DNA of 64,000 nucleotides from Escherichia coli (GTDB lineage Bacteria; Pseudomonadota; Gammaproteobacteria; Enterobacterales; Enterobacteriaceae): NCBI RefSeq assembly GCF_013315695.1, contig NZ_CP054353.1; one strand, 5' to 3'. Shown piece by piece: positions 55,904 to 64,000 of this stretch (position 1 is its first letter; each line of letters starts with the position of its first letter). The notes under the pieces were generated by a model. It saw only the letters and a program-made list of their open reading frames with translations, ran no database searches and was not told where the DNA came from. The position numbers and the translations under genes were made by a program.

Positions 55904-56320
55904 ATGATTGATGTCATTGGTAATAAATACGTTGTTGCTTTAATTTTTCCATTGTTGATGATTCTATGTGGGGCTTTTGTAAAAAAACTTGCCAGATCCT
56001 CTGGTTGGCAAAAGAGTGATTTTTACTTTGGGAATGAGTTGATATTATCGACAATTGGTGCATCATTGTTGAATTTATATGATTTGACTAAAACTGTTCA
56101 AACAGTAACCACGGTTAACCAAGTGGTTAATCAGTACATTGGAACTACTAGCTTTCTTGCCTTCTCTCTTTTTGTATTACTGGGGATCATGTCTTTTCAT
56201 CAAGATTGGGAAGGGCGAACAGGAAATCCAAAAGGTCAAATTTGGGTTTTATGTATTGGGTGTAATTTAGTCGGCATATTATTTTTTGCTTCCTTTGTTT
56301 TGTGGATTAAGGGTGTGTAA
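55904..56320 (+). CDS. hypothetical polytopic membrane protein (about 4 TM), first gene of TIR cassette
   Basis: 138-aa AT-rich ORF; stop TAA immediately followed by ATG of next gene. Confidence 0.5.
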   Translation: MIDVIGNKYVVALIFPLLMILCGAFVKKLARSSGWQKSDFYFGNELILSTIGASLLNLYDLTKTVQTVTTVNQVVNQYIGTTSFLAFSLFVLLGIMSFHQDWEGRTGNPKGQIWVLCIGCNLVGILFFASFVLWIKGV

Positions 56321-56923
56321 ATGAAAAAAAATACTCTTTATATTATTTCAATTGCATTGGCTGTTGTTGGGTTTCTTATGGCTCTTATTCCACGGCTCCC
56401 ATATTTATTTCAAGGAGTTAATGATGAGATTATCATCTCCGTTATTGGATTATCTTTTGCCTATTCTGGCCTGAGTTTGATTGTGTTAATGAAATTAAGG
56501 GAAAGAAGACTAAAGGCCGTTAAAAAAGGAAAGCAAATATTTCTAATGTATCCCGTACAAGAAAAAGATAAGGCCCGTCAAATAACTTGTAAGCTTAATG
56601 AGTTAGGTTTTGATGTATGGTTTGATGAAAATAACATATTGCCCGGGCAGATTATTGAAAAGCAAATTAATCAGGCTATAGACAATAGCGCTGCGGCTAT
56701 ATTGCTTCTGTCTAATGAAGATATGGAGTCATATATAAGAAAGGAGGTAGAGGGCTTTCTCCGTAAAGCTACGGTAAAAGATGAAAACTATGTTCCTATA
56801 ATTCCTGTGATAATTGGTGATGCTGAATTGCCTGCGATGCTCAAAAACATCAAGTCTGTAAACTATGAGGATGAAAAATTAATTGATAAGCTCAATTTGT
56901 CATTGAAGTCCATTCTTGGTTGA
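56321..56923 (+). CDS. membrane-anchored TIR-like (DUF1863/ThsB-like) domain protein
   Basis: 200-aa ORF: two N-terminal TM helices then IFLMYP...GFDVWFDENNILPGQ...AILLLSNEDMESY...IIPVIIGDAELP, matching TIR-like block pattern. Confidence 0.55.
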   Translation: MKKNTLYIISIALAVVGFLMALIPRLPYLFQGVNDEIIISVIGLSFAYSGLSLIVLMKLRERRLKAVKKGKQIFLMYPVQEKDKARQITCKLNELGFDVWFDENNILPGQIIEKQINQAIDNSAAAILLLSNEDMESYIRKEVEGFLRKATVKDENYVPIIPVIIGDAELPAMLKNIKSVNYEDEKLIDKLNLSLKSILG

Positions 56924-56928
56924 AATAA

Positions 56929-56956
56929 GGAGTCAGAATATCTGACTCCGTTTTTT
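56929..56956 (+). terminator. rho-independent terminator after TIR-like gene
   Basis: ggagtcaga...tctgactcc hairpin followed by T6. Confidence 0.6.
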
Positions 56957-57987
56957 CAAGTAAGCTGATAACTATCGAATGTTACTATTTCCTCATCTAG
57001 CCATATGTTTATTTCCTGTAATCTTTTTTGCAACGGTAATAACTCATTACGAACAAATACTTTACTAGCCTTCTCCACATCCCCAAACCCCCCAACATTA
57101 TTCGGCATAATCCCCATCATCTGTGGCGGAACGCGATGTGCTGCCATCATGTCATCCCGGCTCACGTTCTTGATATTTAGAAACTCATCCTTCGCCGCAA
57201 CTTCTGACAAAGGGATGATCTGAAGGCCGTCCTTTTTGCCGTTAGGCGAGTACATAAACAGGTTGCGGAAGTTACCCGGACCTTTGGCACTTTTCATTGC
57301 ATTGCGGAGGTTGTTCACGTCCTCCTGGTTCTGCGCAGCATCGGTCATGTACATGATGAAGCCTGCATGACTACCGTTAATGTAATACTTGCGGCGGAAC
57401 AGCGTGGCGGACTCATTGAGCAGGGCGGACGGAATGGCAGAAAGATAGCCGGGCAGGCCGTAGATCTCCTGGTTAATGTCCGGTTCCATCAGATGAAAAA
57501 TGCTGCCTTTCGTGAACTGATATGGCTGCGTGGTCATACCGTATTGCACAAACCAGTAGGTATCCAGGTCTAACCCGCGTCGGGTGTATTTTGCCAGGGC
57601 AGGTTCAAGGGCGATAACTTCACCGAAGCGGTTCGTGCGTTTCTCCAGGTAGGCGTTACCAAATACCAGATAGTCCTGCACAAAACGCGAAAAAGCCTGC
57701 TGGCTGAGCAGCGGGTGAGGGATGTAGGTGCTGGTCAGAATGTTGCACTTTACTGCAATCGGGGAACTATGATGAACGGCAGCGCGGAAGGTGCGCGCCA
57801 GTCCGTCAAAGCTGACGGGCGGCTCATACCAGCGGTCCATCTGTACGCATTCCACATAATCCAGCAGTTCTCGGCGGTCCAGAACAGGAACGGGATCGCC
57901 GAAGCTGAATGCTTCGGCTGTAGTTTGACTTTTAAGCTGGATCTGTTTCGTCGCCGCAGCGCGGTTCTTCTTACTCTTTCCCATCAA
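56956..57987 (-). CDS. portal protein (P2 gpQ-like)
   Basis: 343-aa ORF upstream-overlapping terminase gene; P2 late gene order. Confidence 0.85.
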   Translation of the reverse strand: MMGKSKKNRAAATKQIQLKSQTTAEAFSFGDPVPVLDRRELLDYVECVQMDRWYEPPVSFDGLARTFRAAVHHSSPIAVKCNILTSTYIPHPLLSQQAFSRFVQDYLVFGNAYLEKRTNRFGEVIALEPALAKYTRRGLDLDTYWFVQYGMTTQPYQFTKGSIFHLMEPDINQEIYGLPGYLSAIPSALLNESATLFRRKYYINGSHAGFIMYMTDAAQNQEDVNNLRNAMKSAKGPGNFRNLFMYSPNGKKDGLQIIPLSEVAAKDEFLNIKNVSRDDMMAAHRVPPQMMGIMPNNVGGFGDVEKASKVFVRNELLPLQKRLQEINIWLDEEIVTFDSYQLT

Positions 57988-59750
57988 AAAATCTCCACAA
58001 TATTGCTGGTATTGGCGGATTCGCCCTGCAGCGGTTCGTTAAACAGTGCGTGCATCGTTGCCCAGGCCAGATCGGCGTGGCTGGCTTCTTCGCTGCGGCT
58101 GGCTTCATAGGTCGGGCGGTTGCCACTGGCGGTGGTGGCGCGACGGATTGCCATAAAGGACTGCGCTATGTCGGTGTGTCCGGCGTCAAACTCCAGACGG
58201 CGGTGGCTGATAATGTCGTAGGCCTTGAGTACCAGGGCGTTTTTAACGTTGGGGTTGTAGACAAACTCCCGGACGGCAGGAAAAAACGCTTTCACGTTCT
58301 CATAAACCCCGTGACCAACGCCGGTTGAGTCGATACCGATATAGGTCACGTTGTACTGTTCGGTCAGTTTTTTGATGGCGTCAGCCTGGGCGCGGAAGTC
58401 CATTCCGCGCCACTGGTGACGCTCAAGAATGCGGAACTTACCGCCCGGCACGGCTGGCGGCGCCACCACCACGCATCCGGCGCTGTCGCCGTTCTGCGTA
58501 CCTTTCGCCGGGTCATATCCGATCCACACTTCGCGCCAGCCAAACGGGCGCAGGGCCAGTGCATGAAAGTCGGTCCAGACTTCCCAACTGTCCACCATGC
58601 ACGCCTGCAGCTCGCTGAGTGGGAACACAGACGCGAGATCGTCCACGAACTCACACATCAGCAGGTTTTGGTATTCGTCCGGGCTGTACTCCATGCGCAA
58701 CTGGTCGAGGTCGAACAGGTTACAGCCGCCGCGCACCGCATCTTCCACAGTGACTATCTGGCGGTACTGCCCGTCTGCGCACAGCAGGCCGGGGGCCAGA
58801 TTGCTGTGGGACAGGTCGATGTCCACCTTATCGGCTTTGTTGCGCCCTCGGTTGAACAGCGCACCGGACCAGAACGGATAAGCACTGTGTGTCAGGCTGG
58901 ATGGCGTGGAAAAATAGGTTTGTCGCCATTTTTTGTGAATAGCCATACCGGAAGCCACTTTGCGCAGCTCCTGGAATTTCGGTATCCAGAAATATTCATC
59001 CAGATACAGGTTGCCGTGGTAACTCTGGGCCGTGCGGGCATTGGTGCCGAGGAAGTACAGCGTGGCCCCGTTAGGAAGCACCATCGGATCGCCTTTCAGC
59101 TCCACCTCCACTTCTTTGGCGAAGTCGATGATGTACTGCTTAAAGACGTGGGCCTGAGCCTTGCTGGCGGAAAGGAAAATCTGGTTACGCCCGGTTAGCA
59201 GGGCGTCAATCAGGGCTTCACGGGCAAAATAGAAGGTCGCGCCGATCTGGCGTGACTTCAGCAGGTTGCGGATGCGGTTGGTTTTTCCGGCTTCCCACCA
59301 GTGGCGCTGGTAGTTGAACATGGAGGAATGGAAAATTTCTTCCAGCTTCTCAATCTGTTCATCGGTGAAAACGTTCTTTTCCGGCTGACGGCGCGGGCCT
59401 TTGTTGCGGTTGGCGACGTTAGGGTTTAAGTCGGCTTCGTTGCCGCCATTGTTAAACTTGCCGATCCGCGCATGGCGCTCCGACTGGCGCGCCAGCAGGT
59501 CAATCTCTTTGAAATCTTTCCCTTCTTTGTGCTCCTTCATAATGAGCTGGCAGTAGCGTGCGGCGGTGGTGAGCTGCATCTGATCCAGCGGCCCATAGTC
59601 ACCCCACTTGTCGCGTTTTTTCCAGCTGTGAACGGTTGCAACTTTCTCGCCCAGCATTTCAGCAATGCGGGCTACGCGGTATCCCTGAAAGTACAGCAGC
59701 ATGGCCTGCCGACGGGGATCGAGATCTGCGGGTGTCAGTGTGGTGTTCAT
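57984..59750 (-). CDS. terminase large (ATPase) subunit (P2 gpP-like)
   Basis: 588-aa ORF divergent from scaffold gene. Confidence 0.85.
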   Translation of the reverse strand: MNTTLTPADLDPRRQAMLLYFQGYRVARIAEMLGEKVATVHSWKKRDKWGDYGPLDQMQLTTAARYCQLIMKEHKEGKDFKEIDLLARQSERHARIGKFNNGGNEADLNPNVANRNKGPRRQPEKNVFTDEQIEKLEEIFHSSMFNYQRHWWEAGKTNRIRNLLKSRQIGATFYFAREALIDALLTGRNQIFLSASKAQAHVFKQYIIDFAKEVEVELKGDPMVLPNGATLYFLGTNARTAQSYHGNLYLDEYFWIPKFQELRKVASGMAIHKKWRQTYFSTPSSLTHSAYPFWSGALFNRGRNKADKVDIDLSHSNLAPGLLCADGQYRQIVTVEDAVRGGCNLFDLDQLRMEYSPDEYQNLLMCEFVDDLASVFPLSELQACMVDSWEVWTDFHALALRPFGWREVWIGYDPAKGTQNGDSAGCVVVAPPAVPGGKFRILERHQWRGMDFRAQADAIKKLTEQYNVTYIGIDSTGVGHGVYENVKAFFPAVREFVYNPNVKNALVLKAYDIISHRRLEFDAGHTDIAQSFMAIRRATTASGNRPTYEASRSEEASHADLAWATMHALFNEPLQGESANTSNIVEIF

Positions 59751-59796
59751 GGCACAAACCTACAGCCTTGAATGAAGGCTTTCCCCGCCTGCGGTT

Positions 59797-59814
59797 TGTG
59801 TGGTTGTCGGTACA
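59797..59814 (+). promoter_or_regulatory. TGT-N12-ACA late-promoter activator site upstream of scaffold gene
   Basis: TGTgtggttgtcggtACA centred about 88 nt upstream of O ATG in divergent P/O region. Confidence 0.45.
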
Positions 59815-59892
59815 AATACCGCGCATTGTTTCACTGCCCCCATCACCGCAACCATAAGGCTCCAGTAAGTTTTTTCTAACGGAGCACGGCTC

Positions 59893-60726
59893 ATGACAGT
59901 GAAAGCAAAGCGTTTTCGCATCGGGGTGGAAGGTGCCACCACCGACGGACGCGAAATCCAGCGTGAATGGCTGGAACAGATGGCAGCCAGCTACAACCCG
60001 GCGGTGTATACCGCGCTGATTAACCTTGAGCACATCAAGTCTTATCTGCCGGACAGCACCTTTAACCGCTACGGCAAGGTGACGGCGCTGTTTGCTGAAG
60101 AAATCCCGGAAGGTCCGCTGGCAGGCAAGATGGCGCTGTATGCCGACGTTGAGCCAACGGAGTCCCTGGTGGAACTGGTGAAAAAAGGCCAGAAATTATT
60201 CACCTCTATGGAAGTCAGCCCGAAGTTCGCTGATACGGGCAAAGCCTATCTGGTCGGCCTGGCTGCCACTGATGACCCTGCCAGTCTGGGTACGGAAATG
60301 CTGACATTCAGCGCCAGTGCAGCCCATAACCCGCTGGCAAACCGCAAGCAGAATCCTGCCAATCTCTTTACCGCTGCAGAGGAAACGGTGATCGAACTGG
60401 AAGAAATCCAGGACGACAAACCGTCCCTGTTTGCCCGCGTCACGGCGCTGTTTACCAAAAAAGAGCAGTCCGATGACGCCCGGTTCTCTGATGTGCATAA
60501 GGCCGTGGAGCTGGTCGCCACTGAGCAGCAGAACCTGAGCGCGCGCACCGAAAAATCCCTGTCTGAGCAGGAAGAACGCCTGTCTGAGCTGGAGACTGCC
60601 CTGCAGGCACAGCAAACCGCCTTTAACGAACTGGTGGACAAGCTGAGTCATGAAGACAGTCGCCAGGACTACCGCCAGCGTGCAACAGGCGGTAACGCCC
60701 CCGCTGACACTCTGACCAATTGCTGA
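59893..60726 (+). CDS. capsid scaffolding protein (P2 gpO-like)
   Basis: 277-aa ORF; gene order. Confidence 0.8.
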   Translation: MTVKAKRFRIGVEGATTDGREIQREWLEQMAASYNPAVYTALINLEHIKSYLPDSTFNRYGKVTALFAEEIPEGPLAGKMALYADVEPTESLVELVKKGQKLFTSMEVSPKFADTGKAYLVGLAATDDPASLGTEMLTFSASAAHNPLANRKQNPANLFTAAEETVIELEEIQDDKPSLFARVTALFTKKEQSDDARFSDVHKAVELVATEQQNLSARTEKSLSEQEERLSELETALQAQQTAFNELVDKLSHEDSRQDYRQRATGGNAPADTLTNC

Positions 60727-60742
60727 TGGAGCACAAAACCCG

Positions 60743-61801
60743 ATGAAGAAGAATACCCGCTTTGCTTTTAACGCTTACCTGCAGCAGCTGGCGCGTCTGA
60801 ACGGTGTGGCAGTTGAAGAACTGTCCAGCAAGTTCACTGTGGAGCCCTCTGTGCAGCAGACGCTGGAAGACCAGATCCAGCAGTCCGCCGCTTTCCTGAC
60901 GCTGATTAACGTCACGCCAGTGACTGAGCAGTCCGGTCAGCTGCTGGGGCTGGGAGTTGGCAGCACCATTGCCGGAACCACTGACACCACCGCGAAAGAG
61001 CGTGAACCTGTCGATCCGACGCTGATGGTCGATGTGGAATATAAATGCGAGCAGACCAACTTTGACACGGTGCTGACCTACGCGAAGCTGGACCTGTGGG
61101 CGAAGTTTCAGGATTTCCAGGTGCGCATCCGTGACGCCATCGTGAAACGTCAGGCTCTGGACCGCATCATGATCGGCTTTAACGGCGTGAAGCGTGCGAA
61201 AACCTCCAACCGTAGCGAAAACCCGCTGCTGCAGGATGTGAACAAAGGCTGGCTGCAGAAAATCCGTGAAGATGCACCGGATCACGTCATGGGCAGCACC
61301 ACCACGGGCGGTGAAACCACACCGGGTGCGGTGAAAGTCGGGAAAGGTGGCGAATATGCCAACCTGGACGCCGTGGTGATGGATGCCGTCAATGAGCTTA
61401 TCGATGTGGTCTACCAGGACGATGACGATCTGGTGGTGATTTGCGGTCGTGAACTGCTGTCTGACAAGTATTTCCCGCTGGTCAACAAAGAGCAGGAAAA
61501 CAGTGAAAAACTGGCTGCCGATATGATCATCAGTCAGAAACGCATGGGTGGCCTGCAGGCCGTGCGTGCGCCGTTCTTCCCGCCGAATGCACTGCTGATC
61601 ACCCGTCTGGATAACCTGTCCATCTACTGGCAGGAAGACACCCGCCGCCGCTCAGTTATCGACAACCCGAAACGTGACCGGATTGAAAACTTTGAATCCG
61701 TTAACGAAGCCTATGTGGTTGAGGACTACCGCTGCGCCGCACTGGTGGAAAACATCCAGATTGGCGACTTCAGCGCCGCAGCAGCAGAAACCGGAGCGTA
61801 A
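60743..61801 (+). CDS. major capsid protein (P2 gpN-like)
   Basis: 352-aa ORF; gene order. Confidence 0.85.
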   Translation: MKKNTRFAFNAYLQQLARLNGVAVEELSSKFTVEPSVQQTLEDQIQQSAAFLTLINVTPVTEQSGQLLGLGVGSTIAGTTDTTAKEREPVDPTLMVDVEYKCEQTNFDTVLTYAKLDLWAKFQDFQVRIRDAIVKRQALDRIMIGFNGVKRAKTSNRSENPLLQDVNKGWLQKIREDAPDHVMGSTTTGGETTPGAVKVGKGGEYANLDAVVMDAVNELIDVVYQDDDDLVVICGRELLSDKYFPLVNKEQENSEKLAADMIISQKRMGGLQAVRAPFFPPNALLITRLDNLSIYWQEDTRRRSVIDNPKRDRIENFESVNEAYVVEDYRCAALVENIQIGDFSAAAAETGA

Positions 61802-61804
61802 TTC

Positions 61805-62455
61805 ATGAGCCTGAGTCCCGCACGGCAGCATCGCCTGCGCGTTCAGGCTGAACAGGCCGCCCGCGAGGGCGGTAGCGTTCGCCACGCGTCGGGCTATGAC
61901 CTGATGCTGCTGCAACTGGCGGAAGACCGCCGCCGTCTCAAGGGCGTTCAGTCCACGGTCAAAAAAGCGGAAATCAAGGTGGAGCTGCTGCCGAAGTACG
62001 CCGCCTGGGCGGAGGGTGTCCTGGCTGCCGGAGGCGCTCAACAGGATGACGTGCTGATGTACGTGATGCTGTGGCGCATTGATGCCGGAGATTATGCCGG
62101 GGCGCTGGATATCGGGCGTCACGCCCTGCGTCATGGCTGGGTGATGCCGTTAGGTAACCGCAACGTGCAGACCGTGCTGGCAGAGGAAATGGCAGATGCA
62201 GCCCAGAGCGCAATGCTTGCCGCCACCGGCTTTGATGCCGATCTGTTGCTGCAGACCCTGGAGCTGACAGACGGTATGGATATGCCGGACCAGTCACGGG
62301 CGCGTCTGCATAAAGCGATTGGCGCTGTCCTGAGTGAAAGAAATCCGGCGTCTGCCCTTAATCATCTCAACCATGCGTTACAGCTCGATCCCCGCTGTGG
62401 CGTGAAAAAAGACAAACAGCAGCTGGAGCGCAGACTGCGCAATGACAGCCGCTGA
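61805..62455 (+). CDS. terminase small/endonuclease subunit (P2 gpM-like)
   Basis: 216-aa ORF after capsid gene. Confidence 0.7.
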   Translation: MSLSPARQHRLRVQAEQAAREGGSVRHASGYDLMLLQLAEDRRRLKGVQSTVKKAEIKVELLPKYAAWAEGVLAAGGAQQDDVLMYVMLWRIDAGDYAGALDIGRHALRHGWVMPLGNRNVQTVLAEEMADAAQSAMLAATGFDADLLLQTLELTDGMDMPDQSRARLHKAIGAVLSERNPASALNHLNHALQLDPRCGVKKDKQQLERRLRNDSR

Positions 62456-62550
62456 CAGAACGTGCCCCCGCGCACGGGCGGCACGGGGTGGCGAAAGGCA
62501 CTGCCACATCAAAACCCCGTCCACCGCCCTCTATTTCAGGAGAAAGCAGC

Positions 62551-63015
62551 ATGAAGTTTGTTGCGCCAGAACAGGCACCGGAACAGGCGGAAATCATCAG
62601 GAATACGCCGTTCTGGCCTGATGTGGACCTGTTGGAGTTTCGCAGTGTGATGCGCACTGACGGCACGGTGACGCAGCCGCGTTTAAAACAGGTTGCCCTG
62701 TCGGCAATTTCGGAGGTCAACGCAGAGCTGTATGAGTTTCGCAGACGCCAGCAGATGCTGGGGTATGCCTCGCTGGCAGAAGTCCCGGCGGAACAACTGG
62801 GCGGCAAAAGCGAGCGCATTCAGCACTATTTCAACGCGGTTTACTGCTGGGCACGCGCCATGCTCAACGAACGTTACCAGGACTATGACGCCACGGCATC
62901 CGGTGCGAAGCGAGGCGAGGAACTGGCGGAAGCAAGCGGTGATTTATGGCGTGACGCCCGCTGGGCCATCAGCCGGGTGCAGGATGCGCCGCACTGCACA
63001 GTGGAGCTTATCTGA
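62551..63015 (+). CDS. head completion/stabilisation protein (P2 gpL-like)
   Basis: product from MKFVAPEQ; gene order. Confidence 0.65.
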   Translation: MKFVAPEQAPEQAEIIRNTPFWPDVDLLEFRSVMRTDGTVTQPRLKQVALSAISEVNAELYEFRRRQQMLGYASLAEVPAEQLGGKSERIQHYFNAVYCWARAMLNERYQDYDATASGAKRGEELAEASGDLWRDARWAISRVQDAPHCTVELI

Positions 63016-63218
63016 TGAAAGTGCGTGCGCATCAGTATGACACGGTGGACGCACTTTGCTGGCGTCATTACGGGCGCACGCAGGGTGTCACGGAGCAGGT
63101 ACTGAAGGCAAATCCGGGGCTTGCCGAATACGGCCCCTTTTTACCTCACGGGCTGCAGGTGGAGCTGCCGGACATTCCGACAACCACCACCGTGCAGACC
63201 GTCCAGCTATGGGACTGA
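63015..63218 (+). CDS. tail protein X-like (LysM-like)
   Basis: 67-aa ORF; same length and position as P2 gpX. Confidence 0.6.
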   Translation: MKVRAHQYDTVDALCWRHYGRTQGVTEQVLKANPGLAEYGPFLPHGLQVELPDIPTTTTVQTVQLWD

Positions 63219-63221
63219 ATT

Positions 63222-63437
63222 ATGACGCTTGAGCGAATCAGCGCCTTTATCACGTATTGCATCGCCGTCGTGCTGGCCTGGCTGGGCGATTTGTCCATCA
63301 AGGATGCCTCAACGCTGGGCGGCCTGATGATCGGTGTGCTGATGCTGGCTATCAACTGGTACTACAAACACAAAGCCTACCAGCTTCTGCGCGACGGGCA
63401 GATCTCGCGGGAGGACTATGAATCCATCAATCGTTAA
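63222..63437 (+). CDS. holin
   Basis: 71-aa ORF with TM helices and charged C-terminus, immediately upstream of lysozyme. Confidence 0.6.
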   Translation: MTLERISAFITYCIAVVLAWLGDLSIKDASTLGGLMIGVLMLAINWYYKHKAYQLLRDGQISREDYESINR

Positions 63438-63930
63438 ACGCTGCCTTGTCGGGGCCGTGCTGGCTATTGCTGCCACGCTGCCGGGGTTTCAGCAGCTTCA
63501 CACCTCCGAGGAGGGACTGAAACTGATCGCCGATTATGAAGGCTGTCGTCTGCAGCCGTATCAGTGCAGCGCGGGTGTCTGGACCGACGGCATTGGTAAT
63601 ACGTCGGGCGTCATTCCCGGCAAAATTATTACGGAACGACAGGCAGCTGAAGGGCTGATCTCCAACGTGCTACGAGTGGAGCGGGCGCTGGAAAGGTGTG
63701 TGAAGCAACAGCCGCCGCAGAAGGTGTATGACGCTACGGTGTCGTTTGCCTTCAACGTGGGGACGGGCAATGCCTGTAGTTCCACGCTGGTGAAATTGCT
63801 CAATCAGCGGCGCTGGGCGGATGCATGCCGACAGTTGCCGCGCTGGGTTTATGTGAAAGGTGTTTTTAATCAGGGGCTGGATAACCGCCGTGGGCGGGAG
63901 ATGGCCTGGTGTTTACAGGGAGCAAACTGA
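63418..63930 (+). CDS. phage lysozyme/endolysin (P2 gpK-like)
   Basis: 170-aa ORF; signal-anchor-like N-terminus; EG...GIGNT-type lysozyme block. Confidence 0.8.
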   Translation: MNPSIVKRCLVGAVLAIAATLPGFQQLHTSEEGLKLIADYEGCRLQPYQCSAGVWTDGIGNTSGVIPGKIITERQAAEGLISNVLRVERALERCVKQQPPQKVYDATVSFAFNVGTGNACSSTLVKLLNQRRWADACRQLPRWVYVKGVFNQGLDNRRGREMAWCLQGAN

Positions 63931-63941
63931 AATGAAAAAGA

Positions 63942-64000
63942 AATTAATCAGCGGACTGTTTCTGATGTTATGGATGGCGCTGTTAATCGCAGCAATGGTG
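63942..64000 (+). CDS. N-terminal fragment of lysis accessory protein (LysA/LysB-like); runs off window end
   Basis: ATG at 63942 encoding hydrophobic MKKKLISGLFLMLWMALLIAAMV. Confidence 0.3.

Larger units (their letters stand above)
45475..64000. mobile_element. P2/186-like prophage, left ~18.5 kb; continues beyond window end
   Basis: att-int-cI-apl-cII-early genes-dam-gpA-cargo-cos-Q-P-O-N-M-L-X-Y-K gene order; TGT-N12-ACA late promoter. Confidence 0.85.

Overview
Enterobacterial (E. coli-like) chromosome in three parts. (1) 1-23.5 kb is conserved core, all recognised from the translated ORFs: ygaH(partial)-ygaZ-ygaY, proVWX, nrdHIEF, a strain-variable AhpD-like/MocR-like pair, ygaM, ygaC, alaE, stpA, ygaP, ygaV, yqaE, kbp, csiR and the csiD-lhgO-gabDTP operon. 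(2) 23.7-34.4 kb is a visibly AT-rich islet around a tRNA with a CAU anticodon (ileY-like): an intact ygaQ-like glycosidase, a 484-aa pentapeptide-repeat protein, an invertase remnant and a ypjA-like autotransporter. (3) 34.5-64 kb holds two tandem mobile elements separated by a 45-nt copy of the ssrA (tmRNA) 3' end: a complete P4-like satellite prophage (alpha primase, vis, sid-delta-psu, cos, integrase, TGTTCACC iterons) and the first ~18.5 kb of a P2/186-like prophage (int, cI, apl, cII, dam, gpA, cos, Q-P-O-N-M-L-X-Y-K). The best candidates for an undescribed system are AT-rich cargo in these elements: a transmembrane + transmembrane-TIR-like gene pair between cos and the portal gene; a 71-aa + 280-aa membrane module at the tin/old position; a NACHT-type STAND NTPase in the P4 psu-int hotspot; and a 216-aa membrane protein between att and int. 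All calls rest on reading the sequence and ORF translations; no database search was run.
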